NCBI GenBank assembly: GCA_965644495.1
Contig: CBFFSA010000076.1
Coordinates: 1-26,028 of the forward strand
Direction: 5' to 3'
DNA: 26,028 nt
Origin: Perkinsela sp. CCAP 1560/9
Taxonomy: Eukaryota > Protista > Euglenozoa: Kinetoplastea
Every line of letters starts with the position of its first letter. Position 1 is the first letter of the stretch. The notes beneath the pieces were generated by a model. It did not search any database. It was not told where the DNA came from and saw only the letters and a program-made list of their open reading frames with translations. A program made the position numbers and the translations under genes. Shown piece after piece: positions 1-10,889 of this stretch.

Positions 1-1
1 G

Positions 2-1864
2 GAGAAACTTGGGCGATCTGTTCCAACCACCTGGGAAGAGTATGAAGAGATCTCTGCTCTTGCCCATGGTCATGACTGGAATGGAGATGGAGAGCCTGAT
101 TATGGGAGTTGTATTGCGCGTGCGCCTAAGTTCCAATCTCAGTTTTTCCTTTTCCAAGTAGTATCCAGCTTCTTGCAATCGAAGGGTAGTTCACAAGGAA
201 TCTATTTTGATGTTGATACCATGGATCCATTGGTCGATTCAGAAGGTTTTCGTGAAGGACTCGCCATGTACATGCGTTTACGTGAGCATGGACCACCTGT
301 AGAGAATACTGATATCGATATCTACCACCTGATGGTAGAGGGTCGATGTGCATTCGCTCCTACATGGGCTGATATTGGTCCTCTCTCACGAGATTCGCGT
401 GGCCTTCCCACTTCCACCTGGGACAAGATTGGAGCAGCAATTGGTCCAGGTGTACATCGTGTGTGGGATTACCAACAAAACAAGTGGCATGTTTGTTCAG
501 AAGAACCCTCTGAGTGTCCATTTGCTGGTGATGATTATGTGAATCATGCTCCATTTGCTGCGAATGGTGGATGGAGTGGTGCAATCCCAGAAAACATACC
601 AGATGATCGGAAGAATGCTGCATTTGCCTTCCTCGCTTTCTTGGGTGCCAACTCAGATGTGGATGTAATGGCTGGTACAGGGTTCGATCCATACCGTACT
701 TCACATCTTGACCTCGACCTCTGGCTTGCCAATGGTTTCAATGAGCGTGCAGCTGAGGCCCAAATTGCTGGATTAAGTGAAACATTGCGCTCCAGTAACT
801 TGGTGATGGATTTGCGGATCCAAGGTGCCAATGATTATGTGAATGTGGTGTTGGATGATGAGTTATTCCGACTCAACAAAGATGAGATCACACAAGATGA
901 GTTTGTCTCTCGAATTTACTCAGCTTGGCAGGGAATTACTGACAAACTTGGGCGCCGTGAGCTCCTTCAACAATACCGTGCCACCATAGGGTTACCACCC
1001 AAGGATTTTGCAGAGGAGGTTGAAGTGACTGAGGCAGGTCGCATTGCATTGGCTGTTGTTTCAGGACTCTTTGCTCTCTGTTGTATTTGCCTCTGCATTT
1101 TTGTATATTTGTACCGAGACCTCAAGGTGTGGCGCTTTGCTTCGCCAAACTTCTTGTTTGGCTCTTTAATTGGAGCTATCCTTGCATATGTTGGTATCAT
1201 CCTGATGTCAGCTGATGCTAGCACTGGGACTTGCACATCTGCATTGTGGTTGTATGTGGTGGGTATGAGTCTCATTTTGGGTAATATTTTTGCCAAGACC
1301 TATCGTACGTGGCGCCTTGACCAGAGTCATTTCTTCCTTATGAAGATAAGTGACCTCCACATTTTGCCTATTAGTCTTGTGGTGATGTCTCTGGCTATTG
1401 TCGTCCTTATTGTGTGGACTGTAATGGATGCTCCTACTGTGCACAGGAGCACTAAGGGAGTAGGTGACCTTGAGTATGTGATGATTTGTGACTCAACTGA
1501 TCATGGTCTTGAATTCTTTGTGACAACAGTTGCCTACTTTGGTTTTCTCCTTCTCGTTGCCCTCTTCCTCTCGTTCAACACTCGTAATGTTGGTGCTGCT
1601 GTCAATGAATCGAAAGTGCTTACTTTATGTGTGTACAACCTGACACAAGTACTCATCATTGTTATTGTATGTGCATTGGCTCTTGACTCCCCAGATGCTC
1701 GGTACATCCTGGTTGTCATCTGTTTGATATTTGGAGTCACAGTGACCATTGGATTATTGTTCATTCCCAAGGTTTGGATCACAATCCAGGGAAAAGGAGA
1801 TGAAGTGTCTGTGGTTCGTACAAACGATTTTCTGTCCAGTACGGATGCTGATCTTGACCAATAA
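2..1864 (+). CDS. Solute-binding-domain / class C GPCR fusion, copy 1 (5' end outside window)
   Basis: Frame open from position 2 (EKLGRSVPTTWEEY...) to TAA at 1862-1864. The solute-binding part has PTTWEEY and DWNGDGEPDYGSC. Seven hydrophobic segments follow with class C 7TM motifs FASPNFL, GNIFAKTYR, NESK and LFIPKV. Confidence 0.9.
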   Translation, partial: EKLGRSVPTTWEEYEEISALAHGHDWNGDGEPDYGSCIARAPKFQSQFFLFQVVSSFLQSKGSSQGIYFDVDTMDPLVDSEGFREGLAMYMRLREHGPPVENTDIDIYHLMVEGRCAFAPTWADIGPLSRDSRGLPTSTWDKIGAAIGPGVHRVWDYQQNKWHVCSEEPSECPFAGDDYVNHAPFAANGGWSGAIPENIPDDRKNAAFAFLAFLGANSDVDVMAGTGFDPYRTSHLDLDLWLANGFNERAAEAQIAGLSETLRSSNLVMDLRIQGANDYVNVVLDDELFRLNKDEITQDEFVSRIYSAWQGITDKLGRRELLQQYRATIGLPPKDFAEEVEVTEAGRIALAVVSGLFALCCICLCIFVYLYRDLKVWRFASPNFLFGSLIGAILAYVGIILMSADASTGTCTSALWLYVVGMSLILGNIFAKTYRTWRLDQSHFFLMKISDLHILPISLVVMSLAIVVLIVWTVMDAPTVHRSTKGVGDLEYVMICDSTDHGLEFFVTTVAYFGFLLLVALFLSFNTRNVGAAVNESKVLTLCVYNLTQVLIIVIVCALALDSPDARYILVVICLIFGVTVTIGLLFIPKVWITIQGKGDEVSVVRTNDFLSSTDADLDQ

Positions 1865-2189
1865 GAAATCTATTCTTATTATTATTATTTTGAATCAGTG
1901 TGATGATGATTTCCATACAAAAATTATAATTTAAACTCTTTTCACTTTTCAATTCCATTCAAATAACAATAAAGAATTTGAATGTAAACTCTCTCTCTTT
2001 TTCAATTTTTTTATTTGAATATTTCTTGTCTTTGTTTTCCAAGATCAGATCAACACTGAAGTCACAATATTCTCTCCATTATTGTACTCCATTCAAACAA
2101 TAATGTGAAGGTATGTTTGGATCAATGTGCTGATGGAGACTGTTTCTTGTGAAATAATCAACCAGAACTGAAATTCCAAGATGGAGAAC
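1865..2189 (+). repeat. Conserved 3' flank of the duplicated GPCR unit (copy 1)
   Basis: Near-identical to 14301-14618 and 22383-22683. Confidence 0.9.
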
Positions 2190-2499
2190 CACTACTGAAT
2201 CAAAATCAGACAGAAGAAACACGAGCCAACCCCGATCCACTTTGGGTTAATCTTCATTGCAGGGTAGTATTCTGTTGCCTGCTATTGACTTTTCCAGAAA
2301 CAAAAAGTCTGAAAAGGTCAAGAAAGACTTTCTGCAACGCGGAGTTTTTTCGACGCGCGGAAAAGGAACGATTTTTGGCTCAGGGTTGTTCTTTTCTCTG
2401 GAAACCACAGGCCTGAACATTTCTAGGAGAGGTTGGAAGCGCTTTAGATCCACGGGGTGGACTGAAGTTGTGGAAAACTTATCCTAAAAAGTAAGGAGG

Positions 2500-3572
2500 A
2501 TGGAAAGAGAAAAAAAAAACCCTTCCCCCCCCCCAAACAAACGAAGAAAGCTTTTGGAAGAACTCCCTAACGAAAAGGTCCTCTGCCCAAAACCTGGCAA
2601 CACAAGAGGCCAAGGACCGAGCGACGAACCACAATGCGACCTTCCGGCGACCTCAAAGGAATCGATCTCACCAAATGTCTCCGACAACACGAACCCCCCC
2701 CCCCCAAGAACGAAGAGAAAAAAAAGAACAAGAAATCGAGGTTTTGCATGGATAGAATTCCATTGACCTTAACCAAGAACCAGATGCTTACCTGTGGGTC
2801 AGGAAAAAGGATAGATAAAAACACTTTTTTGGACGCAAACTGTGGGGGAAAGTCTTGCAGGGCACACTTTTTCAAGAAGTTCTTTTCGGAGGACGAAATG
2901 CTTCGTTTGAAAGATCGACTTCTTCAGTGCCCAAAACAATACTGGGAAAGAAAAACGGATAAGAGGGGGACAAGAAGATTTCTTTATTCTGGCCACTGGA
3001 AGCATCGGTTTTACAACCTGGCCTTTGGGGCTGGAAAGGCTGGAAAATTGGAGCTCGAAAACCCGTTTTTGAAAAACATTTTGGTCGAGTTGGGGAAGAA
3101 GGTCTCTCGTGAAGCTTTGTCTCTGAAGAGGCCTGACGTTTATCTTCCCATTCGAGAAGCTGGCTTCGAAGAACAAGACTTTGGGATGTTCCATTTGTTT
3201 ATGTGTCCTGCTGGTCGATCTTTTATGCATACAGATGATAACGATTTTGTTTCTTGTATCTTCTCCATCAGTCTTGGGTCTGGAGATGGGGACGGGCTTC
3301 ATATGGGGGGATGCGGAGTGGACTTCAATTTGCGAGTGGGAGATCTTGTGATTGCAGACACCGATATTTTTTTTCATGGTTCTCCAAGCTACCAAGGAAA
3401 TGAACACCCCAAAATTATTTCGGAAAATGACAGACTGGTGGGTCTCTTTATTCTCCATCGAAAGTTTATGATCATGAAGGGGGTTCCAGCTGATGATTTG
3501 GAGAGAGAACCCTATGAATTTCGAACCATTCCAAACCAAAACCAGAAAAAGAAGAAGGAAGTTGATATTTAA
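2500..3572 (+). CDS. TET/JBP-like 2-oxoglutarate/Fe(II) dioxygenase
   Basis: ORF 2634-3572 has HxD (MHTDDND; H 3228-3230, D 3234-3236), GDLVI..FFHG (distal H 3375-3377), R in NDRLVGLFILH (3432-3434) and an upstream DKRG..LYSGHW motif. The likely real start is ATG 2500 (MEREKKNPSPPPNKRRK, NLS-like), joined by a 1-nt indel in the C12 run at 2694-2705; the alternative ATG is 2634. Confidence 0.75.
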
Positions 3573-5329
3573 TAATTAAATTGTTTATTTTTTTTGTCGT
3601 TAGCACCCAGTTGAGTCCTCTCTACGAAAATTTTTCCCCCTTTCTCCACTCTTTTTTCTGAAAAACCAGTTTGATCTTTTGTAAATATTATTCTTTTGCC
3701 AAAGGGTGTTCAGAATAAAAGGAGGAGGAGGGGAGAGGAGGGTGTAGACACAATAATAAAAATAGATTGCTCACAAAGGAAATTTGAGAAAACTTTTTGA
3801 TTTATCAACCTTTTGTTCAGCCCAACTTGGTTCTTTTTTTAGGAAGTGGTTTCTTGGTTTGTTTTTTTCTTTTGTTGCTCTGAGGGAAAGGCAAAAGTTC
3901 ATTATCATAACAACAACAGGGTTCCATTTCATCTGAAGGATTCTCCCAAAAACTATGAGCATACAGGTAATAAAAAAGATGACGTCGAAAACCTTCACAA
4001 TCGTCCAAGGTAAAATCCAATCCAAAGTTATAGATCAGACAAAATCCAACAAAACAAACCATGACTCCACACTCTGTCATGTTCTTGGGGGGGGGGGTGA
4101 GGTGAGGTGGTGATCAAAGGGGGTTGTGTCAGAAAATATTAAAAACCAAAAAGATTAAACAACAAAAAAAAGGCAAGTTTTTTAACCTGACCCTGCTGTG
4201 GGGTTGTTGGTGAGCCATGAATAAATTCTGGGGGTTGTTCTTCTGGGTATTTCCTCTTAAAATCATTTAACAACAATACCTAAAAGATGAGAAGGGTAAA
4301 AAAAAAAAAACTTAAGCTGAAAAGAAAGAAACAAAAAAATGAAAGAGAAAAGAACTGAAAGGTTCTTCGAATAAAAGGAATTTTTGTGATAGAGACTGTC
4401 ATAACAATCAAGAACGACCCTTCTTTTCTGTTCACAAATATACCCTACAAGAAGGATCCAATGATTCTGGCTCACAAGACAAGGCAGGTAAAACGTTTTA
4501 TAATCCCAGATAACCACTTTCTATAAATTCAAAACAATTATTGGCAAGAAGATAGATATGGGGGAAAATTGAAAAACAAAAGAAAATAAGAAAAACTTAC
4601 TTCCAAATAAGTTTGAGTTTGTTTTTGATACTGTTGTGTGTCATCTAACATAAAGGTGGGAAGTTCAACCAGTTCATCCTTCAGAGCATTTCCCTTTAGG
4701 AGAACTTGAAAGTAGAGACTGACTATCTGATAAAAAAAAGAAAAAGATAATCAGCAAAAGAGGGGGAGGGCTTGAGTGAAAAGGAAATTCAATAAAAGAA
4801 ATATTTTCCTTTTGAACCTGTTCACTCAGTGGACTTGTTAAAATACTCTTAAAATCACTCGGGGAAATGGGGTATCCACCGCTGAGGGTGGATACCCCAA
4901 AATAGAACTGTGTCTGCATTCCATAAGATTCCAAGTTTCTTTTTGGAATTTCAAGTTGTTTTTCAGTTGGAATAAATCTTTTCCAACGCTGTAGCTCGTG
5001 ATCTTTAAAAATTAAAGTTTCAACTAATTGCTTGATACGCATTAACTCCTTCCTTCCTTTCTTTTCTAATGTAGTATTATGTGGATCAGCCTTGAAACAA
5101 AGAAGAAAATAAAGTCAATTTTAAGAGAAAAACAAAAGTATGATGAACCAAACCAAACCCCCATTTCTTGAAAAACATCCTCTTTTGATGCCTCTAATCG
5201 AGATATCATCCCTTCATTATGAGTATGGCAAGAGGCACTCGGATATATTGAAATCTTGGAAGGGTATCCTTTTCCTTCCTTTTGATTCTCCCATTTTGCT
5301 GTCTCTGCATGTGTACTGGGTACAAAAGA

Positions 5330-6210
5330 GGGAGAGAATGAGGAGGAGGAGGAGGAGGATGAGAGAGAAGGAGAAAGAGAGAGAGAAGATGAATGAGAAG
5401 AAAAAGAAGAATGAGAAGAACGAAAATTTGAAGGAGAATGAGAAATAGAAGGAAAAGAAGGAAAAGAAGGAGAAGGGGACAATGAGGGAGCTGAAGGAAA
5501 CAGAGAAGGAGGAGAAGAAAATGGAGAAGAAGAGAGAGAAGAAGAGAAAGAAGGAGAACAAAGAGAACTGAGAGGGGAAGAAAAAGAAAGAGAAGGGGAC
5601 AATGAGGGAGAAGGGGACAATGAGGGAGAAGGAGAAGGAGAAAATGGAGAAGGAGAAGAAGAAAATGGCGAAGAAGGAGAAGGAGAAAATGGAGAAGGAG
5701 GAGGAGGAGAAGACAGAGAAGAAGGAGGAGAAGAAGAGAAAGAAGGCAATAGGGGAGATGAGGAAAACAGAGAAGGAGAAGAAGAAGAAGGAAAACTTGC
5801 AAAAGGAGAAAGAACTGGCGAGTGTGAAAAACAGGGACTTGGAGAGAAAGAAGGAGGATGAGAATGAACTGGGAAAGGAATAAAAGAAGATGGAAAATTA
5901 CTCATTTTTGGGGTTGATGATGGGGGAAAAGGAGTTGTGGAAGATTGGGAAAGAGAAAAGGGAGGGGAAGAAATGTGGATTGGAGGGGATGTGGTTTGGA
6001 AAGAAGGAGATGGAGAAGGAAAAGAAGAATGTGAACTTCCTGAGAGATGAGTGGAAGGAGAGAAATTACTTTGGGATGGTAGTGGAAAGGAAGAATGGGA
6101 AAAAGGAAATTGAGAGTTTTTTCCTGGTGATTGAGAAAGAGAAGAAAGGGAAGGGGAAGGGGAAGGGGAAGGGGAAGGGGAAGGGGAAGGGGAAGGGGAA
6201 GGGGAAGAGA
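5330..6210. repeat. Purine-rich low-complexity tract encoding the Ser/Pro/Phe linker on the - strand
   Basis: GAGAAG/GGAGAA-type degenerate repeats inside the 1290-nt exon 6448-5159. Confidence 0.85.
6148..6207. repeat. (GGGAAG)n microsatellite, about 10 units, encoding (SP)n
   Basis: Directly visible hexamer repeat. Confidence 0.95.
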
Positions 6211-9200
6211 GGTTAATTGGAGTGGTTTGGGAAGACATGTAGTGTGATGAAGGGTTGAGAGAGCGGGTGTTGTGACGATGAGAAGAGGATTGATAATTTG
6301 TTATTGGATCCAAAGTATCCTGAAGGGGCTGGCTACACAAAGAAGCATACTGATAAGCTGATTTGCAGGCAACAGAATTAGGTAGTTTTGTTCTTTTGAG
6401 GAGGGGTTGCTTTGAAGAACCAGAGGGAACAAGTTTTGAGGAGTGACCCTGAGTTTGGTAGAAGGAAAGAATTATTAGAAACCTGCTTTTGAGTTTTCAT
6501 ATTTTATTTTAAAAAAAAAACAATTTGAAATTTTCAGAAAACAACAAATTTGGGGGAAAAAAGGGTCAACAAAAAATACCTCACGAATAAGTCGAGAAGG
6601 TTCATTTGCACTTATTTTGCTTGCTCTATTTTCAAGTTTTTTCTCTGATCTCAATGCCTCACTTCGCTCCATCATCCCTTTGATCAAGGCATTCATTTGG
6701 ATTGAAAAAGTTCCTTTCTCTTGACTGCTCACTCCTTGCCTACGTCTACCTCCAAATGGCTTTTGGGCCCAACAATGAGAACGAGCTGCAAGAATGGCTC
6801 CTTCAATTGCAAATCCTGCTCTTCGTGGAAGAGGGTATCTGTGTTGTGTATGTCAGAGGGGAGTGACTTTATTCTGTGTTGCAGAAAAACTGAAAATCAA
6901 AAAAGAAGGATGGATATTATGAACCATCATTTTTAAAATTTTTCAACACCACAAAAATAATAAAGAAAAAACAAACCTCAATAACTCCCAATGAAGGTGA
7001 TCATGGAGGGTATGTAAATAAGGAGCCCAATAAAGAGGGGAGAAATTACATTCGTTATATTTTCTTCCCCAAAAAAAGTTGATATGGGGCTGAAGCCATT
7101 TGGAGAATGTCATAAGTCAACGTTAGAAACTCATATTCTGGTTCAAATGTGTCTCGTTCTGAATCTCCAATTAAAACATCGATGATCGATAAATCAAAAT
7201 CTGAATAACAAAAATCATGAAAAAACTTTTGAAATTTTTTTTTCTGAATAAAATTATTTGATCAAAAAAAGAGAGTTTTTGTTTGTTTGGAAAAAACAAG
7301 AAATAGTAAAGCAACCTTTTGCATTCAACAAAGCTGCATTAAACGTCGAAAAAGGAAGGACTTCTGGTTCCTCTTGTTCATGTGAAATGCTTTTGACTTT
7401 TTCACTTTGGAGATTTGAATCCATCCATTCAGCTAATTTAATAAGATATTCATCATAAAGAAAATCAACAGCTCCTTTTCGGGCTAAAATAAATGATTTT
7501 TTTTGAAAACAAAAATATATTGTCAGTTGCAAGAAAAATAAAGAGAGAGAATGTAATAATTAAGATATTCAAAAAAAAAAAAGTATTTCAAAAAATATTA
7601 TTCTTTTTTTATTATTCATAAAATTTTAAAAATAAAGAAGATATCAAAGAAAGAAGAGAAGAATAAACCAACCAGTTTTATTGGGGAAACCCCTTAAAAT
7701 CTTGATCCATTGAACGTAACTGGGTCTTACTTTTTTGATTCTCTCCCAAAGGTTGAATACCTTTTGTGATGGATCTGGAATTTTCACTCCTCCAATGAGA
7801 TAAAAAGCAATTCGAATCGTTAAATCATGAGGTGAATCTATTTTCTTTTTCAATGAGAATCTTATTCTTTTCAAAATATTATTTTCAAAATATTCTTTTT
7901 TTAACTTACACGGAGAAACATCCATCACAAAAAGTTTAACAACATTTCTACAAGTCCCTTCAACAAAGTGGATCAAGTCCAAGTTGTGGTCCCATGGTTG
8001 CGATGGAGTTATTGGAGGATTTCTCATTCCCATTTGATTCATAAATTTTGCAAGACTGTTCTTGGATCCCTCCCAGCCCTGAACCAATTGAAAATCGCTT
8101 TTTTTTTGTTCTAAAGTCCACCATGTATGTTTTTGATCCAAGTTACCAACAAGATTAATTGCCAGTTCATCATCAGCCTCAGCAAAACTTTCAAAGATAC
8201 TATAACCACCAAATTGATTATCCCAAAAGTGATGCTGACAAAAAAATATGGGCGGGGGGTGGATGTTAGTAAAAACAAAATTATTTTTTAGTTGAAATTA
8301 TTTTTTTTTTCTTAATTATTTTTGAAATTTTTCTTCTTTTATTTTCTTACTCATTTTTATGGAGTAAATTATTTGAATAAAATTTGGAAGAAGCTGCAAA
8401 CCTTTGTATGATCATCCCAAAGCCTTCCATCATCCTTATCTCGAACAATGTTACAACGCCAACAAGGCCTTTTTGATGTGTGATGAAACATTGATTTGCC
8501 ACCATGACCAAAAAGAAGTGAAGAGCATAACATGTCATGTGTTTCAGTGAATGAAATTGTTCGTTCCTTGAAATCTGAACACTGAATCTTTTTCTAATAA
8601 AAATCACAAAAGAGCCCCAAGAGAAGAAAGAGAGAGGAGAGAGGGGAAAGAAAAAGTAGGTAAAAAAGAGAGGAAAATTAATGAAATGAATATCAAACGA
8701 AAAATTAAATTAATTTTTTTTTTAAAAAAAATTAAAAAAGTCAAAAATTAAATTAAATTAAATTAATATTAATATTAAATTAAATTAAAAGCATTACAAA
8801 AAAATACTTACCTGGTAAATCATCTGATAAATCGGAGATATCTCTTCTTGAAAGGTTTTAAAGCTCTCTTTCATTACAAAGACACCCAAACTTAAATTGA
8901 GGACTGCTCTCCAAGTTCGAGTTCCTTTTGCCCACCACTCTTCATCACCACGTATCAATTTCACAACAACTCCTTTGTTCCTTCGATCAAAAGAACCCCC
9001 ATCAGCAGAAAAGATCATCTTCAGCTTTAAATTTTCCTCTGCATTAGCAACACCACCAATAGTCGCTTCTTCTTGGTGATTCATGTTGTTGTTCACCCGA
9101 TCATATTCATCCCAAAGAGGATACTTGTTGCCCTCCCAATCATCATCAAACATTCTATTCACTTCACCCTCAACATCATTCACTCTCCAACCATGGTCTG

Positions 9201-9746
9201 TTTTTTCCAAGGGAATCTGATCTTTTAGTTTTTGGAACCAATACTTGAACTGACAATCTGAAAATTCCCAACCCAGTTCAGAATTAAGACCTCGAATCTG
9301 ATACCTAGTGAGACCCAATCTTAGAAACAATCTTCCAAAAAACTCTGCCTTTTCCTGTTTTTTCATACACCGATATTTTTTTGATACTTCTTGCGCATCA
9401 TTTGGGAGTCCAAAAAAGTTTCTAATCTGTTGTTTCTGAGAAAAACCACTCCTCCCCCTCCTTGCATTTCCATCATCCAACTGAAAGAGTTTCTCTAAGA
9501 CTTCAATAATCTGAGAAGTGTTGCAATCACTTAAAAGCTGAGCCAAGAAAGAGGTTGGATTTTCAAAACCAAGTGATCTCACAGCTTCATTCACCCAGTT
9601 GGTTCGGAGGAATTTCTCATCTGAGGAACTACGGTGATGGCAAGAAGCAGTCACAGGAGGAGTAAAAGTGGTGGTGGTGGTGGTGGTAAAGGTACTGTTG
9701 GAAGCAGCAATGGGGAGTGTGGTGGTGGTGGTGGTGGTGGTGGAAA

Positions 9747-9772
9747 AAGAAGAGGTGGTACCACCTCTTCTT
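9747..9772. repeat. Perfect 26-bp palindrome
   Basis: aagaagaggtggt|accacctcttctt, no spacer. Confidence 0.95.
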
Positions 9773-10560
9773 CTAGTCTAAAAAACAGAAATTATTTTTC
9801 TTACAGTGTCATCACTTAACTTGACTTGAAGAATAAAAAGACTCTTCTCTTTGCAAAAAAAAAAGACCTGTTCCTGTTGTCCTTGTTGTGGAAAAACTTG
9901 AGGAATCGCTCCCATACCCATCATACTCTCAGCAGTTTGATCAACAGCAGCAGCAGCTCTTTCTAATTCCAAACACCAAATTCTTTCAGAATAGCAACAC
10001 TTTCAAACCCACCAAAAAGAAAAAAGACAAACAGAAACTTTAAACCCACCCAGCTACTCTCTGAAACTGAAGAGCGAAGAAGAGGAAAAGAATTCAAACC
10101 TTGTTCTTTTTGACACCTCTTACATTCATCTGGACAATAATGGCGTAAACGTTGATGAATACTTTTGGCTTGTTTTGAACTGAAAACTCCACACGAACTT
10201 TTCTCATTCCAAATGACTACACACCAACTGTTTCTTTGCAGAGACTCCTCTTTCAGCCATTTGAACACAACACAACACAACACACAACCCTGTCTTTTCC
10301 TCCTTTCTTCTTCTTCAGTGGGTCACGAAACAAAGCAGCTGCTTTTTTTTTGGTCTTTTCTCAAGAGAAAAAAAAAAAAAAAAGGCGGTGCCTCAGATAA
10401 AAAAAATAATTTATTTTTCACTATTTGTTGAGAGCCTCCTCTTTCACAACAACAACTGGGGCAACTGCTGGGAGTTTCCAGTTTTCAGCCATCCCCCTTG
10501 CTGGCCTTCCATCTTGGTTTCGAAGAAAATAGCCAGAAGAAATCGACAACAATTTTTTTT

Positions 10561-10585
10561 CCTGTGAAAATTTGATTTTCACAGG
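10561..10585. repeat. Hairpin with 11-bp stem and 3-nt loop
   Basis: cctgtgaaaat-ttg-attttcacagg. Confidence 0.9.
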
Positions 10586-10889
10586 GCCGGTCACTGTTGC
10601 GGTGGACCCATCCCGAAAAATTTTCTAGTAGGCAATGACCCCCAACTTCTTTCGGATTTGTGAAGGGAGATCAAGTTGTCCCCAAAATTCTTTCTTCCCG
10701 GTTTTTCGATTTGTTTTGGTTTTGGTAACATTATCATCGACCAAAAAGAAAAAGAGGGCCTCAGGGAAATGTTGAATGAAAACCCGGCGAGAGCACCAAT
10801 GTTTTCGACCTTTTCCCCTCCACTAAAAGAATTTTGTGTGTGAGTGAAAAGAATCTTTAGAAAAAAAAAAAACTCATGAGAGTGTTTTT

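Larger units (their letters stand above)
3817..10260 (-). pseudogene. 14-exon DDE transposase - Ser/Pro linker - Ulp1 (C48) protease fusion, about 1600 aa, with lesions
   Basis: Exons: 10260-10100, 9962-9868, 9777-8812, 8593-8402, 8234-7673, 7483-7316, 7200-6977, 6889-6580, 6448-5159, 5060-4818, 4726-4601, 4520-4356, 4279-4187, 4083-3817. All introns are GT-AG and phases are compatible apart from the noted lesions. Transposase motifs: KMIFSADG (D 9001-9003), THDML..G..PCWRC (D 8534-8536), GMRNPPI..LDLIH, W..PYLHTLHDH, FAIEG (E 6802-6804). Ulp1 motifs: NHWILL (H 4461-4463), YDSL (D 4398-4400), PQQ..NMTECG (C 4069-4071). Lesions: +1 in the A7 run at 7071-7077, TGA at 6853-6855, and a probable +1 in exon 1. 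Confidence 0.8.
2450..10600 (-). mobile_element. DNA transposon carrying a transposase-Ulp1 gene and a convergent TET/JBP-like gene (boundaries approximate)
   Basis: Present only in the copy 1-copy 2 spacer and contains a reconstructed DDE transposase gene. No convincing terminal inverted repeats or target-site duplication found by eye, so inclusion of the TET/JBP gene within the element is inferred from adjacency. Confidence 0.65.

Noticed and set aside
2190-2194. CACTA exactly where the copy 1 flank diverges from copy 2, a possible CACTA terminus
   Set aside because: No matching TAGTG end or target-site duplication found at 10300-11950. The divergence is explained by the Gypsy segment in copy 2, and the coding-like frame runs through the site.
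2492-2502. Shine-Dalgarno-like TAAGGAGG before ATG 2500
   Set aside because: No spacer before the ATG and a eukaryotic context; likely chance.
3721-3751. Purine run followed by TGTAGACAC, resembling the polypurine tract and LTR start of element 2
   Set aside because: Only 9 bp match, with no further LTR similarity.
5140-6216. Lys/Glu-rich and Leu-rich ORFs in alternative frames, and the acidic ORF 14886-15161
   Set aside because: Shadows of low-complexity coding sequence in another frame or strand.
2269-6378. 14-bp inverted match attctgttgcctgc (2269-2282 and 6365-6378)
   Set aside because: Matches of this length are expected by chance in 26 kb, and the second site lies inside an exon.
10561-10629. 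Helitron 3' end (hairpin plus CTAG|T)
   Set aside because: No Rep/helicase sequence, and the adjacent enzyme is a DDE transposase.
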